A DNA stretch of 64,000 bases from Savitreella phatthalungensis (Eukaryota), in contig AP039715.1 of the NCBI GenBank assembly GCA_051599415.1, forward strand, positions 372,001-436,000, given 5' to 3'. A program made the translations under genes and the position numbers. The notes beneath the pieces are model-generated. The model worked only from the letters and a program-made list of their open reading frames with translations, did not search any database and was not told the DNA's origin. The stretch's first letter is position 1. Each line of letters opens with the position of its first letter. Below, piece by piece: positions 1-11,366 of the stretch.

Positions 1-579
1 GTGAGGGATCTCGCGAAATCTGTCGACAACGCGAATCTGGTCGAGTGTATGGATGCTTGGGGAGAGTCCGCCGTGGACGGCAAAGATCCGGTCATCTATC
101 ACGGCCGTGAGGGTGAGAAAGTCGAAGAGGGAGGTGAAATGATGCCAGACGTCGGCAGTATTGTATTTGCGCAGGCACTCCGAGTAGAAGCCGTAGCTCT
201 GTGTAACGCCCCGAGATTCGTGGTTACCACGGAGTAGGTGGACGCGAGATGGATATCTCAGCTTCAGACATACCAGAAGTGAGATGGTCTCGACGGAGAA
301 GAGGCCGCGGTCGACGTAGTCTCCAAGGAAGAGATAGTTCGTGGCTGGAGAGTAGCCACCGATCTTGAAGATCTCAAGTAGGTCGTAGAATTGCCCGTGA
401 ATATCGCCGACCACTGTGACTGGTGCGCAGATCTTGACCACGTTTGATTCCTCCATCAGCAGCTCCTTTGTCCGCCGGCAGAGACTCTCGATCAAGGGTT
501 CAGCAAGCAGTTGCTTTTTGTACAGCTGCTCGATCATCCGGTCCAGGTCCATATTGGACGCCGCTATCTTCTCAGCCAT
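1..579 (-). CDS. PPG1: PP2A-related Ser/Thr protein phosphatase catalytic subunit (Ppg1/Ppa3-like), 5' part; runs off the window edge
   Basis: Not in the ORF track; translated by hand from the ATG at 579: [28 protein letters not shown]...[10 protein letters not shown]...GDYVDRG...RGNHE...[25 protein letters not shown]. It has all PPP-family motifs; 'DRGLFSVE' and 'DRFREIPH' favour Ppg1 over Pph21/Sit4/Pph3. An alternative ATG lies at 552. Confidence 0.9.
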   Translation of the reverse strand, partial: MAEKIAASNMDLDRMIEQLYKKQLLAEPLIESLCRRTKELLMEESNVVKICAPVTVVGDIHGQFYDLLEIFKIGGYSPATNYLFLGDYVDRGLFSVETISLLVCLKLRYPSRVHLLRGNHESRGVTQSYGFYSECLRKYNTADVWHHFTSLFDFLTLTAVIDDRIFAVHGGLSPSIHTLDQIRVVDRFREIPH

Positions 580-1525
580 GTTGCACAGAGAAGCCAGTTG
601 CGGCGCGTATGCGTGAAGAAAGGAAGATGTAGGGTTCAATGAATTGATGACATGGCTCGTGCTGTTCGCGTGAGCTACTTAAGCAGTGGGCTAGCAATAG
701 CTGTAGCTGTAGCAGCAATGTCCTACGCCGGGTCAGTCACCCACGCGGCGTTGCTGCTGGAGCTCTTGAGGCTCTGGTCCACGCTATCCAGCTCGCGCTA
801 GAGCCGTGTTCTGTACGTGTACTGCTGCGAAGATAAAGGGAAGGAGGATGACGCTGCACTTCAGGCAATGAACTGTATTCACTATTGTGCTGCATTGGAG
901 AGTTTTCAACACGTGCACTCATAGTTTCTTCATACATACTTGCACGTGCGTGAAAGTAGAACTGTCTCGCATACTCTCCCTCTCTTCCTCTCACTCACGT
1001 ACATTATATATCCACCCTATACACCCATAAAAGCCAGAGGCTCAAGTGATGCTGTATGATGACTAGATCTTATACCCTCTGTATGAGCTCGTCCGATTAG
1101 GAACTGTCATACAACATATCACTAATAAGTTGCTGATGGAGAAACAACCATGTCAAGTATATAGTGTATGAGCACGGCGGCTGGGGGCAGAGTGAAGATG
1201 AAGTGTGCAGGTATTTGCATGATGTTTTTGCATCCACAACTTAATTAAGGTTAGAATGAATGATATTGATCAGATGCACAATTGACCACATGTTCCATAT
1301 ATATGATCATAGAGTACACATCACTACCCTAAGCTCATACCACTCCAGAGCATTACGCCACGCTCCATTGAGGGCATTCCTTGCGTGTCGTTCTATCATC
1401 GATCATCATCCAGTCTTCGCTCTTTCGCTGGCCGATCAAGCACCCGCTGCAGCAAAGTACAGTGGTTGGAGGGCCTTGCACAAGGCTGAGCACATAACTC
1501 CGAGGGGTGAGTGACGGGCTATATC

Positions 1526-2884
1526 ATGGCAGAGAGTGATGCAGCCCTGGCGAAGCTCAACTCGTCTACGCTCGGTGCCTCCATGCCCGTGGTGACCTTG
1601 CCAAATGGTCAGAAAGTGGCTACAGGGACAGTCGGGTCGCTGCTCGTCAACATTGTCAAGTACAATGAGCTTGTAGCTTCTGGCGCAACAAGCGCCACTG
1701 AGAACGTTGCTGAACTCGAAGCTGGCTTCTCCGCAGCAGTGCCGATGCTTGTGCGGGTTGGCCTGTTTGATTTGTTCTCTCCAGCGGAGTGGCAGGCAAC
1801 TGGACGGAATGCCAACCCTGGCAGGTGGAAGGTCGGCCAGCTCGCCTCGGACTACATCCGAGCTCAGCAGGGGGAGCTCGGCAGCACGCCATCGGAGGAT
1901 ACATCTAATGCAGCATCAGCCACGTCACCTATTCGCGCAGATCTCATGCCGATTGTCGACGCCTGCGACAACTGGCCACTTGATGGCAGAGGACACGCGC
2001 GCTTCGTCATTGATGGGCAGGCAATCGGCTGGCTGAATAAGGATGTGACGGAGGCCGTGACGTCGCGATTCCCCGATAGCTTCTCGCTAGAGCAATCGCA
2101 GGATCACATGGACGCCATCGTGCGCTTCAGTGTAGGAAAGGATGATGGTGCAGCAGAGATCTCGGCACGAATGAACGCTGTGGCAAGAGAGTTACGAGAT
2201 GCCGCTCTCTTTGATGTCTTGGACGGCTGGCGGTCAGAGCAATACAGCATCTATGGGCTTGGCGGACGTTTGTTATTCACGCTCGAACGAGCAGCTTGTG
2301 CGCTGTTCGGGGTGGTGACGTACGGTGCGCACTTGAATGTGTACATTCCGGCGACGCGGAACTCGCCGCTGAGGATCTGGTGTCCGCGAAGGAGCAAGAC
2401 GAAGGCGACGTATCCAGGCATGCTCGATAACAGCGTCGCAGGCGGGATTGCCAACGGCCTATCCGCGTACGAGACCATCGTCAAGGAGGCATGGGAGGAA
2501 GCAAGTATTCCAGAGGACATCGCAAGGCGGCTAATTAGACCAGTCGGCGCAATCAGCTACGTCCACGAGGCAGACGACGAGCGCGACGGCACCCACAAGG
2601 CACCGTACATCCAGCCGGAGGTCCAATACCTGTTTGACATGGCCGTCGAGGGCGACCTCGCACGCACGCTTGTGCTGAAACCGAACGACGGCGAGGCAGA
2701 GGACTTTGAACTCCTCACAGTCGACCAGCTCACACGGGAAATGGTCAATGGAGGCTTCAAGCCGAACTGTGCAGCCGTCCTCCTAGATTTCTTCGTTCGA
2801 CACAGCATCCTCACACAAGATCACAAGGACTTTGTGCAGATCCAGCAGCGGCTGCACAGGACATTCGACTTTCCCACCCTGTAA
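1526..2884 (+). CDS. Nudix hydrolase of the YJR142W/Tnr3-N (thiamine-related) family with an extra ~115-aa N-terminal domain
   Basis: First ATG at 1526. Family motifs: 'IVDACDNWP', 'GWRSEQYSIYG', 'LERAACALFGVVTYGAHLNVY', 'RRSKTKATYPGMLDNSVAGG', Nudix box 'G..NGLSAYETIVKEAWEEASI', 'PNDGEAEDF', 'FKPNCAAVLLDFFVRH'. Confidence 0.9.
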   Translation: MAESDAALAKLNSSTLGASMPVVTLPNGQKVATGTVGSLLVNIVKYNELVASGATSATENVAELEAGFSAAVPMLVRVGLFDLFSPAEWQATGRNANPGRWKVGQLASDYIRAQQGELGSTPSEDTSNAASATSPIRADLMPIVDACDNWPLDGRGHARFVIDGQAIGWLNKDVTEAVTSRFPDSFSLEQSQDHMDAIVRFSVGKDDGAAEISARMNAVARELRDAALFDVLDGWRSEQYSIYGLGGRLLFTLERAACALFGVVTYGAHLNVYIPATRNSPLRIWCPRRSKTKATYPGMLDNSVAGGIANGLSAYETIVKEAWEEASIPEDIARRLIRPVGAISYVHEADDERDGTHKAPYIQPEVQYLFDMAVEGDLARTLVLKPNDGEAEDFELLTVDQLTREMVNGGFKPNCAAVLLDFFVRHSILTQDHKDFVQIQQRLHRTFDFPTL

Positions 2885-3104
2885 AGCCTCATTCAAAGGT
2901 AGCCTACTCCAATAAATCTCGAGTTGCCACTGCCCTTTCGGGATTCGTGTAACGAACGGCTGATTATTTCCTCGATCGCGGATGCACGAATCCCTAGATC
3001 CCCAAAACACAGTCATGTCATGCAGCCGGGCTCTCTTGACAAGGCCTTCAGGCTGATGCTTTGGGTGACTTGACGTTAGCATCTCCAGGCGAGTTGGTCG
3101 GGAG

Positions 3105-4376
3105 ATGCCACCCCCGCCGACACAGCTGCTCTTACCTCAATCGTGGTGGTCGGGTGGTCCTGCTCCGTTGTTTCCTCTGCGTATCAAAGGTCCTTCTACT
3201 GCTGGAGTTCTGAGTTTCTGCCTGCTATACCACGTCGATGAGGTTTCCGGTGCGGTGGCGGGAGACTTTGACGGCGATGTGTCTACCGATATCCCCAGGT
3301 ACACCGTCCCGAGATCAGCACAGTCGATCGTCATCAACTGCTACGGCTCACGCGATCGACTGATAGACGCACTCTCCTCCACATCCTCCACCGACACCCA
3401 GAATGCTGATGAAGAACACGAAGAAGGAGGAGGAGGAGGCGAGATCAGATCAACATATGCGTGTGCTGCTGATGTCTTCTTCACGGCCGCTGGCACGCCA
3501 GCGAGCACGAAAGGGCGGTATCGGTTAGCTGGTCGACACTTGCGGGTTGTGGATGTTGGGTCTGTTGGTGAGTTGCGTGGAGTTGCGTACTTGGTGTCTC
3601 AGGGATATGGGTGTGGTGGTGGGGAGGAGGTGCCAGGGACGCCTGGTGTGGAGGAGGAAGAGGAGAGCGAATTGGTACCACCGACGGCTAGGCCGCCTGC
3701 GCACGAGGCCAGGCACGCTGACCTCGAGCGCCGTGTGCGCGAAGCGGATGCCGTGCTGAAGCAGAGCGCAGCGAGGACAAAGCGCAAGAAGCCGTTGCTT
3801 GTGGTTGTTGGGCTTGACATACCACACAGGGCGAGCGGCGCCTGGAGCGCTCAGGGGATTGCGCACACGCTAGCGGGACTGCGTGCGGCGTGCGCGGCAA
3901 GCGGGAGGGAGTTGGTCGTTCACGATGTAAGTCCGCATGTAATGGAGCCGGAGGCGGGCATGACGACCCCTTCGGTAAAGGATCGGGTGGAGAGCTCGGT
4001 ACCGCTGCTTTCTGCAGGATCACGCAGGCCTCGAACGCCTGGATCGCGCGGAGATGGCTCGAGAGATGAGGATGGATCGGGAACGCAAGCACGCATGGAT
4101 AAAGGTGACTCTACTGCCGACGAGGGATTCGGTACTGATCGGAGCATTCCGCTGTCGACGGTATTTCGTAAAGCTGGGATCAATGCTACTTGGACGCCGG
4201 ATGCTACAGGCTTACGTGCCGGTACATACACTACAGACACTGTGGTGGCTGGACAAGGCCCGAAGGATCCTGGCGTGAGAATCCAGAGTGAGGCATGGCG
4301 CGTCACCTGGGCGCAGGATGTCTGGGGCGAATGTGCGGACATTCGACTTGAACGTGTCCCTGCGCGGGTGATATGA
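3105..4376 (+). CDS. Conserved hypothetical protein, possibly a degenerate RecA-fold/Rad51-paralog-like protein
   Basis: 423-aa ATG ORF with alpha/beta blocks ('IVINCYGSRDRLIDAL', 'RHLRVVDVGSVGELRG', 'LLVVVGLDIPH...WSAQGIAHTLAGL', 'VPLLSAGSRR') separated by low-complexity inserts. Coding status is solid; function is inferred. Confidence 0.7.
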   Translation: MPPPPTQLLLPQSWWSGGPAPLFPLRIKGPSTAGVLSFCLLYHVDEVSGAVAGDFDGDVSTDIPRYTVPRSAQSIVINCYGSRDRLIDALSSTSSTDTQNADEEHEEGGGGGEIRSTYACAADVFFTAAGTPASTKGRYRLAGRHLRVVDVGSVGELRGVAYLVSQGYGCGGGEEVPGTPGVEEEEESELVPPTARPPAHEARHADLERRVREADAVLKQSAARTKRKKPLLVVVGLDIPHRASGAWSAQGIAHTLAGLRAACAASGRELVVHDVSPHVMEPEAGMTTPSVKDRVESSVPLLSAGSRRPRTPGSRGDGSRDEDGSGTQARMDKGDSTADEGFGTDRSIPLSTVFRKAGINATWTPDATGLRAGTYTTDTVVAGQGPKDPGVRIQSEAWRVTWAQDVWGECADIRLERVPARVI

Positions 4377-4462
4377 AAGATGAAACGAGATAATGATACT
4401 AGTCGTTACGAGGGAAAGATGTGGTGGTTATTGTTGTTGGAGTCGAGAAAATATGTGATGAT

Positions 4463-5101
4463 TCATAATCTACCGTAGAAGAGATCGTGCTTGAGGCTAT
4501 CGCGCTCGTGAGCGTCTCGGGTGGCGAGGATCTGGCCAACTTCTGGTGGCGGGTTCATGCCTAGCTTCAAAGCACGGTCGTACCGCTGCTGCCGTGTGAT
4601 GCCGACGCATGGGCCGTATTTGCCGGACAGGTCAAAGTCGCGCAAAATGATTTCAGAAGGCTGAGGCCGCGGAACGTGGAAGAGCGGTGTGGATCTCTCT
4701 GAGAGGATGTCTTCCATCTTGGAACGTAACGCTGGATTCCGTTCATCCAAGGAAGGTAGCGAGTCGAGGAATTCTTCATGCGCCGCTGCTGCAGCAGCTT
4801 CAGAGTCTGCGCGGGACGAAGCTTCGCGAGATAGTGCAGGTGTGTCCACAGGTGACGGTTTGCGTTCGTCTGCTTCTGCTAGATCGACGACATCAACTTG
4901 TGGTGCTAGTGAGGCTGATGCATCTGATTCCAGTGACTTGGCTTTTGCCTTGGCCCGCAGGTCTGTGACAGATGTAGCTTTCTTATTGACAATGACATCT
5001 TTCAAGGAGCCAGAGGATGGTGTTCGTTTTGCCACTCTGAATGAATCGAATGCTCGACTACTTGCAAGCGAGCTTTGTCGCTTCGGTGCGCGCCCTGGCA
5101 T
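4463..5101 (-). CDS. CDM1: DNA polymerase delta subunit 4 (p12/Cdm1)
   Basis: C-terminal signature 'ILRDFDLSGKYGPCVGITRQQRYDRALKLGMNPPPEVGQIL'; basic, disordered N-terminus. Confidence 0.95.
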   Translation of the reverse strand: MPGRAPKRQSSLASSRAFDSFRVAKRTPSSGSLKDVIVNKKATSVTDLRAKAKAKSLESDASASLAPQVDVVDLAEADERKPSPVDTPALSREASSRADSEAAAAAAHEEFLDSLPSLDERNPALRSKMEDILSERSTPLFHVPRPQPSEIILRDFDLSGKYGPCVGITRQQRYDRALKLGMNPPPEVGQILATRDAHERDSLKHDLFYGRL

Positions 5102-6001
5102 TTTGTAATTCTTCTCAGCTTGAGAGTCTGCTAAGCTGCGTATCAGTGCCTTGTAATCGAGTGCGGGCTTAGATAAAGAAATTAGTCTGCTAGAAGTATG
5201 GTAGATGATGGTAGTTGGACGGTGATGCTGATGATGATGTTGTTGTTCTTAGTTGGCTGTGGAGATTTGCACCGTTGCAACGGCCCGTCATTGAAGTGTA
5301 ATTATCATTTATATAATTACTGGACATCGAAATACTAATGATACCAAATTGATAAATCCACCTTAGATCAATCAATAGTTTGAAATTGATTGAATTTGAC
5401 GTCGACCCTTGTGTCAGCCAGATTAGTTTAGCTGATTTTGTTTCACCTTGAGGAGATAACAATTTTTGATTGTGTTTCGATTTTGATTGACTTTGACAAG
5501 CTCCACCTTTCACAGAGTCAAGTCTTCCTACCGTCTACCTGCCAAGCACGAATAGGTCCTTCTTCTCAACTCCGTCCCGAGACTTTCTCAGTTAGCCCTG
5601 GACTGCCGGCGGGACACTGGCTGAGTTGAGTGGAGTAGCTGGTCTGAGTGCCAGATTCTATAATCTGTCTGCCGTTCCAGAATACTTGGTGCCTAAGCTC
5701 TGAGGTTCTCAAGTCGGAGAAACTTTCAAAATCCCAGGGCTGTCACCTATAGTGAACCAAACGCGGAAAGGTCGGTCAGCGTCGTGTGGGCGGGCATACA
5801 CCAAATGCCAATTGAATTTATTCTTCTTCTTCTTCTGCACGCTCCGGACCAGATTGCTTGCATGCTTGCTAGCACGCAAAGAAGGAACCATTTATTCGTG
5901 TGCGTGAGCGCGCTCTTTGTAGGCTTGGCAGGACGAGACGTACAAACGCACAGGACCCCTTTTTCTTCTTTACCATCTAGAGGTCTCTAGGCAGTTCGGT
6001 G

Positions 6002-7351
6002 ATGGCCCGCAGAGGGTTCGTGCCGTCCGTGCGTCCACTGATCCGGTCTCGTGTGCTTGTGGTGGCTCTGGTGAGCGTGTTCCTGCTGTACAAGCTGTTC
6101 AATTATGGGACTGTGTCGTCACACCGGCCCGTGACGACCGGTGGTTCTGTAAGCGATCCTGAACGGCTGTCGAAGGCGGAGCAGCAGCGTCTCGCGGAAG
6201 CGGCTGCTGCAAAGGCCGCCCCGGGCAACGTCAACCACGCAGCCCCAGGCAGCGCCGGCGACAAGCTCGGCCTTCAGGACCCGGTCTCCCGCAAGGGCGT
6301 GCTAGAAGGTCAGAATGCAGCGGAACGCGTCAAGTCTGCAGGTGCAGATTCGTCCGATGCCGCCCTCACGACGGGCTACATTCTGGAGAACGCGACATTC
6401 GTCACACTTGCGCGCAACGGCGACCTGCACGAGATTGTCAAATCGATCAGGAACGTCGAGGACAGATTCAATCGCAAGTACCACTACCCGTGGGTGTTCT
6501 TGAACGACGAGCCGTTTGACGATGAGTTCAAGCGTGTGACGTCTGGGCTTGTTAGCGGCAAGACGGAGTATGGGTTGATTCCGAAGGACCACTGGGGTAT
6601 GCCTGATTGGATCGACAAGGAGAAGGCTGCAAAGACGCGTGAGACGATGCGTGAAAAGCAAATCATCTACGGCGACAGCGTCTCGTACAGGCACATGTGT
6701 AGGTACGAGTCTGGCTTCTTCTACCGCCACCCTCTCATGCTCAAGTACCGGTACTACTGGCGTGTTGAGCCTAGCATCAAGATGTTCTGCGACTTCGACT
6801 ACGATCCTTTCACCCTCATGCGCGAAGGAGGAAAGAAGTATGGGTTCACCATCTCGCTTCACGAGTATGTCGAGACGATTGAGACACTCTGGGACACAAC
6901 CAAGACCTTCATCAAGAGATTCCCAGAGTACGTGGCCAAGAACAACTTGATGGACTGGCTTTCTGATGACGGAGGCAACTCGTACAATATGTGTCACTTC
7001 TGGAGTAATTTTGAGATTGCAGATGCTGATTTCTGGCGGGGTGAGGCTTACTCTGCCTACTTCGATGCGCTTGACAATGCAGGCGGATTTTTTTATGAGC
7101 GATGGGGTGATGCACCCGTTCACTCGATCGCTGCGGGCTTGTTCCTCAACAAGGACGAGGTCCATTTCTTCCACGACATGGGGTACTGGCACGTTCCCTT
7201 CCTACACTGCCCTGTCGAGCCGGAGTACAGGACAAAGTGCCACTGCGACGTCAAAGAGGCCTTTGATTGGAAAGGTTGGTCGTGCACCGGCAAATTCCAC
7301 GACGTCACAGGCCTCAAGAAGCCTTCCAACTGGAAGGAGTTCGCAGACTGA
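6002..7351 (+). CDS. Alpha-1,2-mannosyltransferase, GT15 (Kre2/Mnt1/Ktr/Omh family)
   Basis: Type II membrane anchor, then '[11 protein letters not shown]', '[17 protein letters not shown]', '[13 protein letters not shown]', 'YYWRVEP', 'CHFWSNFEI', '[15 protein letters not shown]'. ATG at 6002. Confidence 0.96.
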   Translation: MARRGFVPSVRPLIRSRVLVVALVSVFLLYKLFNYGTVSSHRPVTTGGSVSDPERLSKAEQQRLAEAAAAKAAPGNVNHAAPGSAGDKLGLQDPVSRKGVLEGQNAAERVKSAGADSSDAALTTGYILENATFVTLARNGDLHEIVKSIRNVEDRFNRKYHYPWVFLNDEPFDDEFKRVTSGLVSGKTEYGLIPKDHWGMPDWIDKEKAAKTRETMREKQIIYGDSVSYRHMCRYESGFFYRHPLMLKYRYYWRVEPSIKMFCDFDYDPFTLMREGGKKYGFTISLHEYVETIETLWDTTKTFIKRFPEYVAKNNLMDWLSDDGGNSYNMCHFWSNFEIADADFWRGEAYSAYFDALDNAGGFFYERWGDAPVHSIAAGLFLNKDEVHFFHDMGYWHVPFLHCPVEPEYRTKCHCDVKEAFDWKGWSCTGKFHDVTGLKKPSNWKEFAD

Positions 7352-7561
7352 GCAGATCAGCTCTCGGACAATCAACAAAGAATGTAGACATCATCAGGCA
7401 TTACAGACGCGTAGAAATGAAAAATCGGGCGACGTTGCGAGAGTGTATGAGCTTTGTTTAGCCTCTAACGATGTATAGTATGTGGATGCAAAATAAAACG
7501 TAAGAAGTGAAGGAAACATTTGAAGGTGAACACGCCATCATACAACGTGGTGGCAAATCGC

Positions 7562-10390
7562 CTAATTGAAGAGGAAAGACATGTCCTCGGGCGTGAGTCG
7601 ATTCATGGCAGCTTCGTCGGAAGACACGGTGGCTTGAATCATCTGAGCTTTCTTCTCCTGGAGTTCGACGATTCTGGACTCGATCGAGTTCTCGATGACG
7701 AGACGGGTGATTCTGACAGGCCGGCGTTGACCGAGACGATGAACGCGATCTGCAGCTTGCCATTCAGCAGACGGGTTCCACCAGGGATCAAGGATGAAGA
7801 CTTGGGATGCTTCTGTCAGGTTCAAAGCCACACCGCCAGCCTTCAAAGAGACAAGGAAGACGCTGACGTTCGGATCCGTGGAGAAGTGCTCGATCGTCTT
7901 GGCACGTGCTTCCGGAGTCATGCTACCATCGAGCTTGCAGGATTGGAAGCCTGCTCGACGGAGTCGCCAGTGAACGAGCTCGAGGAACGAGGTCCACTGG
8001 GAGAAAACGATCGACTTAATGGATGAGTCTTTCCGCCGGAGCTTGTAGAGCTCTTCGACGAGAGCCTCAATCTTCGTGGATGAGCGCCAGCGCGTCATGT
8101 CAATGCGATTGAGGATGTTGGACCGCTTGACGACCTCTTCAGCGGCCTGCTCTAGCGCAGGAGCCGACAGGTCGATATCGAGTGTGACATGGCAGGCTGG
8201 GCAGCGTGGGTCTGCTCCAACAAAGCCGTCAATGTAGTCCTGCACACATGCTCTGCAGAACACGTGGTGGCATCGAGCCTTGATAGCGTCCTCAGACATG
8301 TCGTCACAGATCTTACAAACGAGCTGCTGTGCAGCTGTGTTGTCTGCACGCTTGAGAATCAGATCTGGATGATCAGCCATCTGGCGCATGCGCGTGATGA
8401 GCTGGAAGATATTGGCATAGTTGTTGAGCACTGTACCAGACTCCGCATAGGTATCAAACTTGCGCTTCGAGTCCGTGTATAGCGACTCGTACATGTCTTC
8501 CTCTTCCGCATTGAACAAGTCGCGACGGACGGTGACGACACGTGGCGGCAAACCCATATCGTCTGCGCGCTCGAGCTTGGTGCGACGCAGCATAATCCGG
8601 CGGAGCAAGTTGTGAATCTTCTTAAAAGCAGTAAGTCCTTCGCCGGTAGCACCAAAGCGTACAATGGGTTTCAACAGCTCATGATTGAACCAACAAGTGT
8701 GGTCCATTGGCTTGTGACCACAGTCGTCACACTGCTTGCGGTCTGTGAACTTCCAGTGCAAGCTCTTACACTTGCACTTCTTGCAGAAATAGTAAGAGAA
8801 TGGGTTGAGCTGCAAGAATCGAAGCAACGAGAAGAGCTCGCCGACGCGATTCTGCAGTGGTGTACCACTGAGACACCAGCGGCGCTCAGTCTGAAGAGCG
8901 AAGACTGCTCGTGCGGTATTACTGGAGCGGTCCTTGATATTGTGTGCTTCGTCAAGCACGATGCGGTGAAAGTTGATCGAGTGCAACAGACTCTTCTCCT
9001 TCACAAGACCATCCTTGCGCCTGAACCCGCTCTGCTGCTTTCGATACACGGACTCGAGTAGGTTGTAGGTCGTCAGGACGATGTCGTACTCTCTGATCTT
9101 CTTCGCGGATGTTTCACGGCTCTGACCATGGTAAATGAGGATCTTGAGCGCGTTGTTGGTGTACATTTCAATCTCAGACTTCCACTGCATGATTGCAACG
9201 GTCGGTGCAACGATGAGCGTTCCTGCTTCGCTCTTGCTCGAGTCACGTGACATATCTGAGACGAGCATCGAGACAGTTTGAATCGTCTTACCCATGCCCA
9301 TCTCGTCTGCGAGAATACCTCCCCGAAACTCTCCCTGCTCTTGCTGTCGCAGCCAGTACAGTCCCTCGAGCTGGAAAGGAAGCAGTTTGAGAGTTAGAAT
9401 TTCTGGCTGATTAGCTTTCACAGGCACGCGAACTTCTTTGTGTTCGAGATCGCCCCAGACATTCTCCAGCTCAGGGTGATGCTTGAGCAGGGTCGTCATG
9501 GTCTTTTCGTATTGACTCATGCGCGGCGCTCGTGCACGTGATTGACGTGCACGATTGCGAGCATTGCCAGTGTTTGTTTCTTCGTCGCTGTCATCGCCCA
9601 GGGATTCGTCGTCATCGTCATCATCATCATTGGTCGGAGCGGTGAAGGACGCATCGTTTGCCTCATTTTCGTCATCAGCCTCCAGAAGCTCGCCTGGCTG
9701 CTGGACAATGCTTGAGAGAGCATTGTTCAGCCGACGAGTGTGGGAGGACGTTGGCTGGTCGGGCTCAAAATCGGAACTGTCATCGTCATCGACCTGATCG
9801 GCGCTATCTTTGGTCTCGTCGTCGTCACTCTCAGCGTACGACACTGTCGTGGCGCGAGATCGTCTGCTTGAGGCCCGAGATGCGCGTGAAACATTTGCAC
9901 GTGAGACTGTTGTTGTTCGAGCTAGTGGCTTATCATCATCCTCGTCATCAAGATCAGAGAGACCGGCGAAGGTGACAGACTTTGCGGGTGTGAAATCTGA
10001 CATTGGTGTTCCAACTTGACGCCTAGGTGTTTCAAGCGAAGGTGGACTATTCTCGCGGGAACCCGTGGAGTCGCTGCCGACAGCCTGCTGACGCACACGC
10101 TTGCGTGGAGGTGCTCGTGAGGTGGAGGAGATCTGCTGCTCGATTTCTTCCATGTCGAGCGCTAGATGGTCCCGCACAAGTTCGTCCTTGACAGTAGAGA
10201 GACTTGAACGTGATGTCCTTTTACGCTTGCTTGCAACTGCGGGAAGTGATGCTTCATCGTCCTCAGCTTTGATTGCTGGAGCGCGTGAGGCAGCAGACGA
10301 AGTGCCTTGGGATGTGTCAGACGACGGCGCATTGGAGATGACAACTTTGGCTGACAGGCGCGCGGAGGGATTACGCTTTCCAGCTGCCAT
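7562..10390 (-). CDS. RAD16: Global-genome NER SNF2-family ATPase with RING finger (Rad16/Rhp16)
   Basis: '[13 protein letters not shown]', 'LDEAH', Rad16-specific Cys cluster (FCKKCKC...CDDCGH), RING (CKIC...CHHVFCRAC...CPAC), '[14 protein letters not shown]', '[11 protein letters not shown]', C-terminal '[11 protein letters not shown]'. Confidence 0.97.
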   Translation of the reverse strand: MAAGKRNPSARLSAKVVISNAPSSDTSQGTSSAASRAPAIKAEDDEASLPAVASKRKRTSRSSLSTVKDELVRDHLALDMEEIEQQISSTSRAPPRKRVRQQAVGSDSTGSRENSPPSLETPRRQVGTPMSDFTPAKSVTFAGLSDLDDEDDDKPLARTTTVSRANVSRASRASSRRSRATTVSYAESDDDETKDSADQVDDDDSSDFEPDQPTSSHTRRLNNALSSIVQQPGELLEADDENEANDASFTAPTNDDDDDDDESLGDDSDEETNTGNARNRARQSRARAPRMSQYEKTMTTLLKHHPELENVWGDLEHKEVRVPVKANQPEILTLKLLPFQLEGLYWLRQQEQGEFRGGILADEMGMGKTIQTVSMLVSDMSRDSSKSEAGTLIVAPTVAIMQWKSEIEMYTNNALKILIYHGQSRETSAKKIREYDIVLTTYNLLESVYRKQQSGFRRKDGLVKEKSLLHSINFHRIVLDEAHNIKDRSSNTARAVFALQTERRWCLSGTPLQNRVGELFSLLRFLQLNPFSYYFCKKCKCKSLHWKFTDRKQCDDCGHKPMDHTCWFNHELLKPIVRFGATGEGLTAFKKIHNLLRRIMLRRTKLERADDMGLPPRVVTVRRDLFNAEEEDMYESLYTDSKRKFDTYAESGTVLNNYANIFQLITRMRQMADHPDLILKRADNTAAQQLVCKICDDMSEDAIKARCHHVFCRACVQDYIDGFVGADPRCPACHVTLDIDLSAPALEQAAEEVVKRSNILNRIDMTRWRSSTKIEALVEELYKLRRKDSSIKSIVFSQWTSFLELVHWRLRRAGFQSCKLDGSMTPEARAKTIEHFSTDPNVSVFLVSLKAGGVALNLTEASQVFILDPWWNPSAEWQAADRVHRLGQRRPVRITRLVIENSIESRIVELQEKKAQMIQATVSSDEAAMNRLTPEDMSFLFN

Positions 10391-11366
10391 TTGACGTCTA
10401 CCGAGCGGATATCAACCCAGAAAAATTTGCAACGTCTGATCTTTGTATATGACTGTGAAGAATCGTAGACGCGTCTGTGAGTAGACGAGCGTGTGTGAGT
10501 GAATGAGGGAGTGAGTAGAGTGCGTGAGTGAGTGAGTGAGTTGATGAGTGAGCAAAGTTGAAGTGATTGATCCGATCTAGAATTTAGTGATCGAGTACGT
10601 GTGCCAATCTTGAAGTAATCGATCGATCGAACGATCTATCAATTGATTGATTGATGCAATTGAGTCGAATCTATTCCAGGATTCTCTCTTCTTCTTGGTT
10701 CTTCTCATCCGCTTCCTCTCGAGACTTTTTTTTTCCTTTCTTTCCGAGGCGTACTTTCATCCTGACTCTCTGTAGATACGATATTAGAATTTTGCCACCT
10801 CCTTTTTCTACCAAGAAGCCGGGGAATTGCGAATTTGGAGAAGGGATGGAAACGGGAGACTGGCCAATCGTAGAAGATGGATAATTGTATCTGCGGGATG
10901 ATCTTGAATACTTGAATTTAAGTGGTTGAAATGTAATTTATCTGACGGTTAAGCTGCATAACTTTCATGCAGCATGACTTCCATGCACCTGGAAGTCCAA
11001 CCGGATGATCGTTTCAATCTGACAGAGCAAGAAGTCTGTACCATTTTTGAAATCTGTAGATTTATTGATGCTGGAGTGGCAACACATTTTATTGTACTGA
11101 TCGCTTGAGCATTGAATCAGTTACCAGCTGTACTCTGATCGATCAGGATCCAGATCGATCAATCACTTACTCACAACTAGTGCAAGGTCACACTTTCTCA
11201 CTCTGTGACTCTGTCACTCAGTCAGTCACACGCTCCATTGACTCCTCAACAGCTGACCCAAGTCGTCAAACCTCTCATCTGGGTACTCACTACACATCCA
11301 CGCGTTTGGACGACATTTGACGCAATAGTCTCATCCAACGATCGTGATTCAGCGAACTCATTTGTC
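10391..11366. promoter_or_regulatory. Shared divergent promoter region of RAD16 and RAD7
   Basis: Head-to-head ATGs at 10390 (-) and 11367 (+). Contains ACGCGT at 10469-10474 and 11300-11305, a (GAGT)n tract and a pyrimidine-rich tract around 10680-10745. Confidence 0.75.
10493..10552. repeat. Imperfect (GAGT)n microsatellite upstream of RAD16
   Basis: gtgtgagtgaatgagggagtgagtagagtgcgtgagtgagtgagtgagttgatgagtgag. Confidence 0.8.

Noticed and set aside
6302..7192. 296-aa antisense ORF over the mannosyltransferase (likewise 7520-8026, 8612-9061 and 41083-41607)
   Set aside because: These mirror conserved, codon-biased genes; the scarcity of antisense stops follows from codon usage, and the translations show no motifs.
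11205..11366. GTG-initiated N-terminal extension of RAD7 (and the other GTG/TTG starts in the ORF track)
   Set aside because: This is a eukaryotic locus; the conserved Rad7 N-terminus begins at the first ATG (11367).
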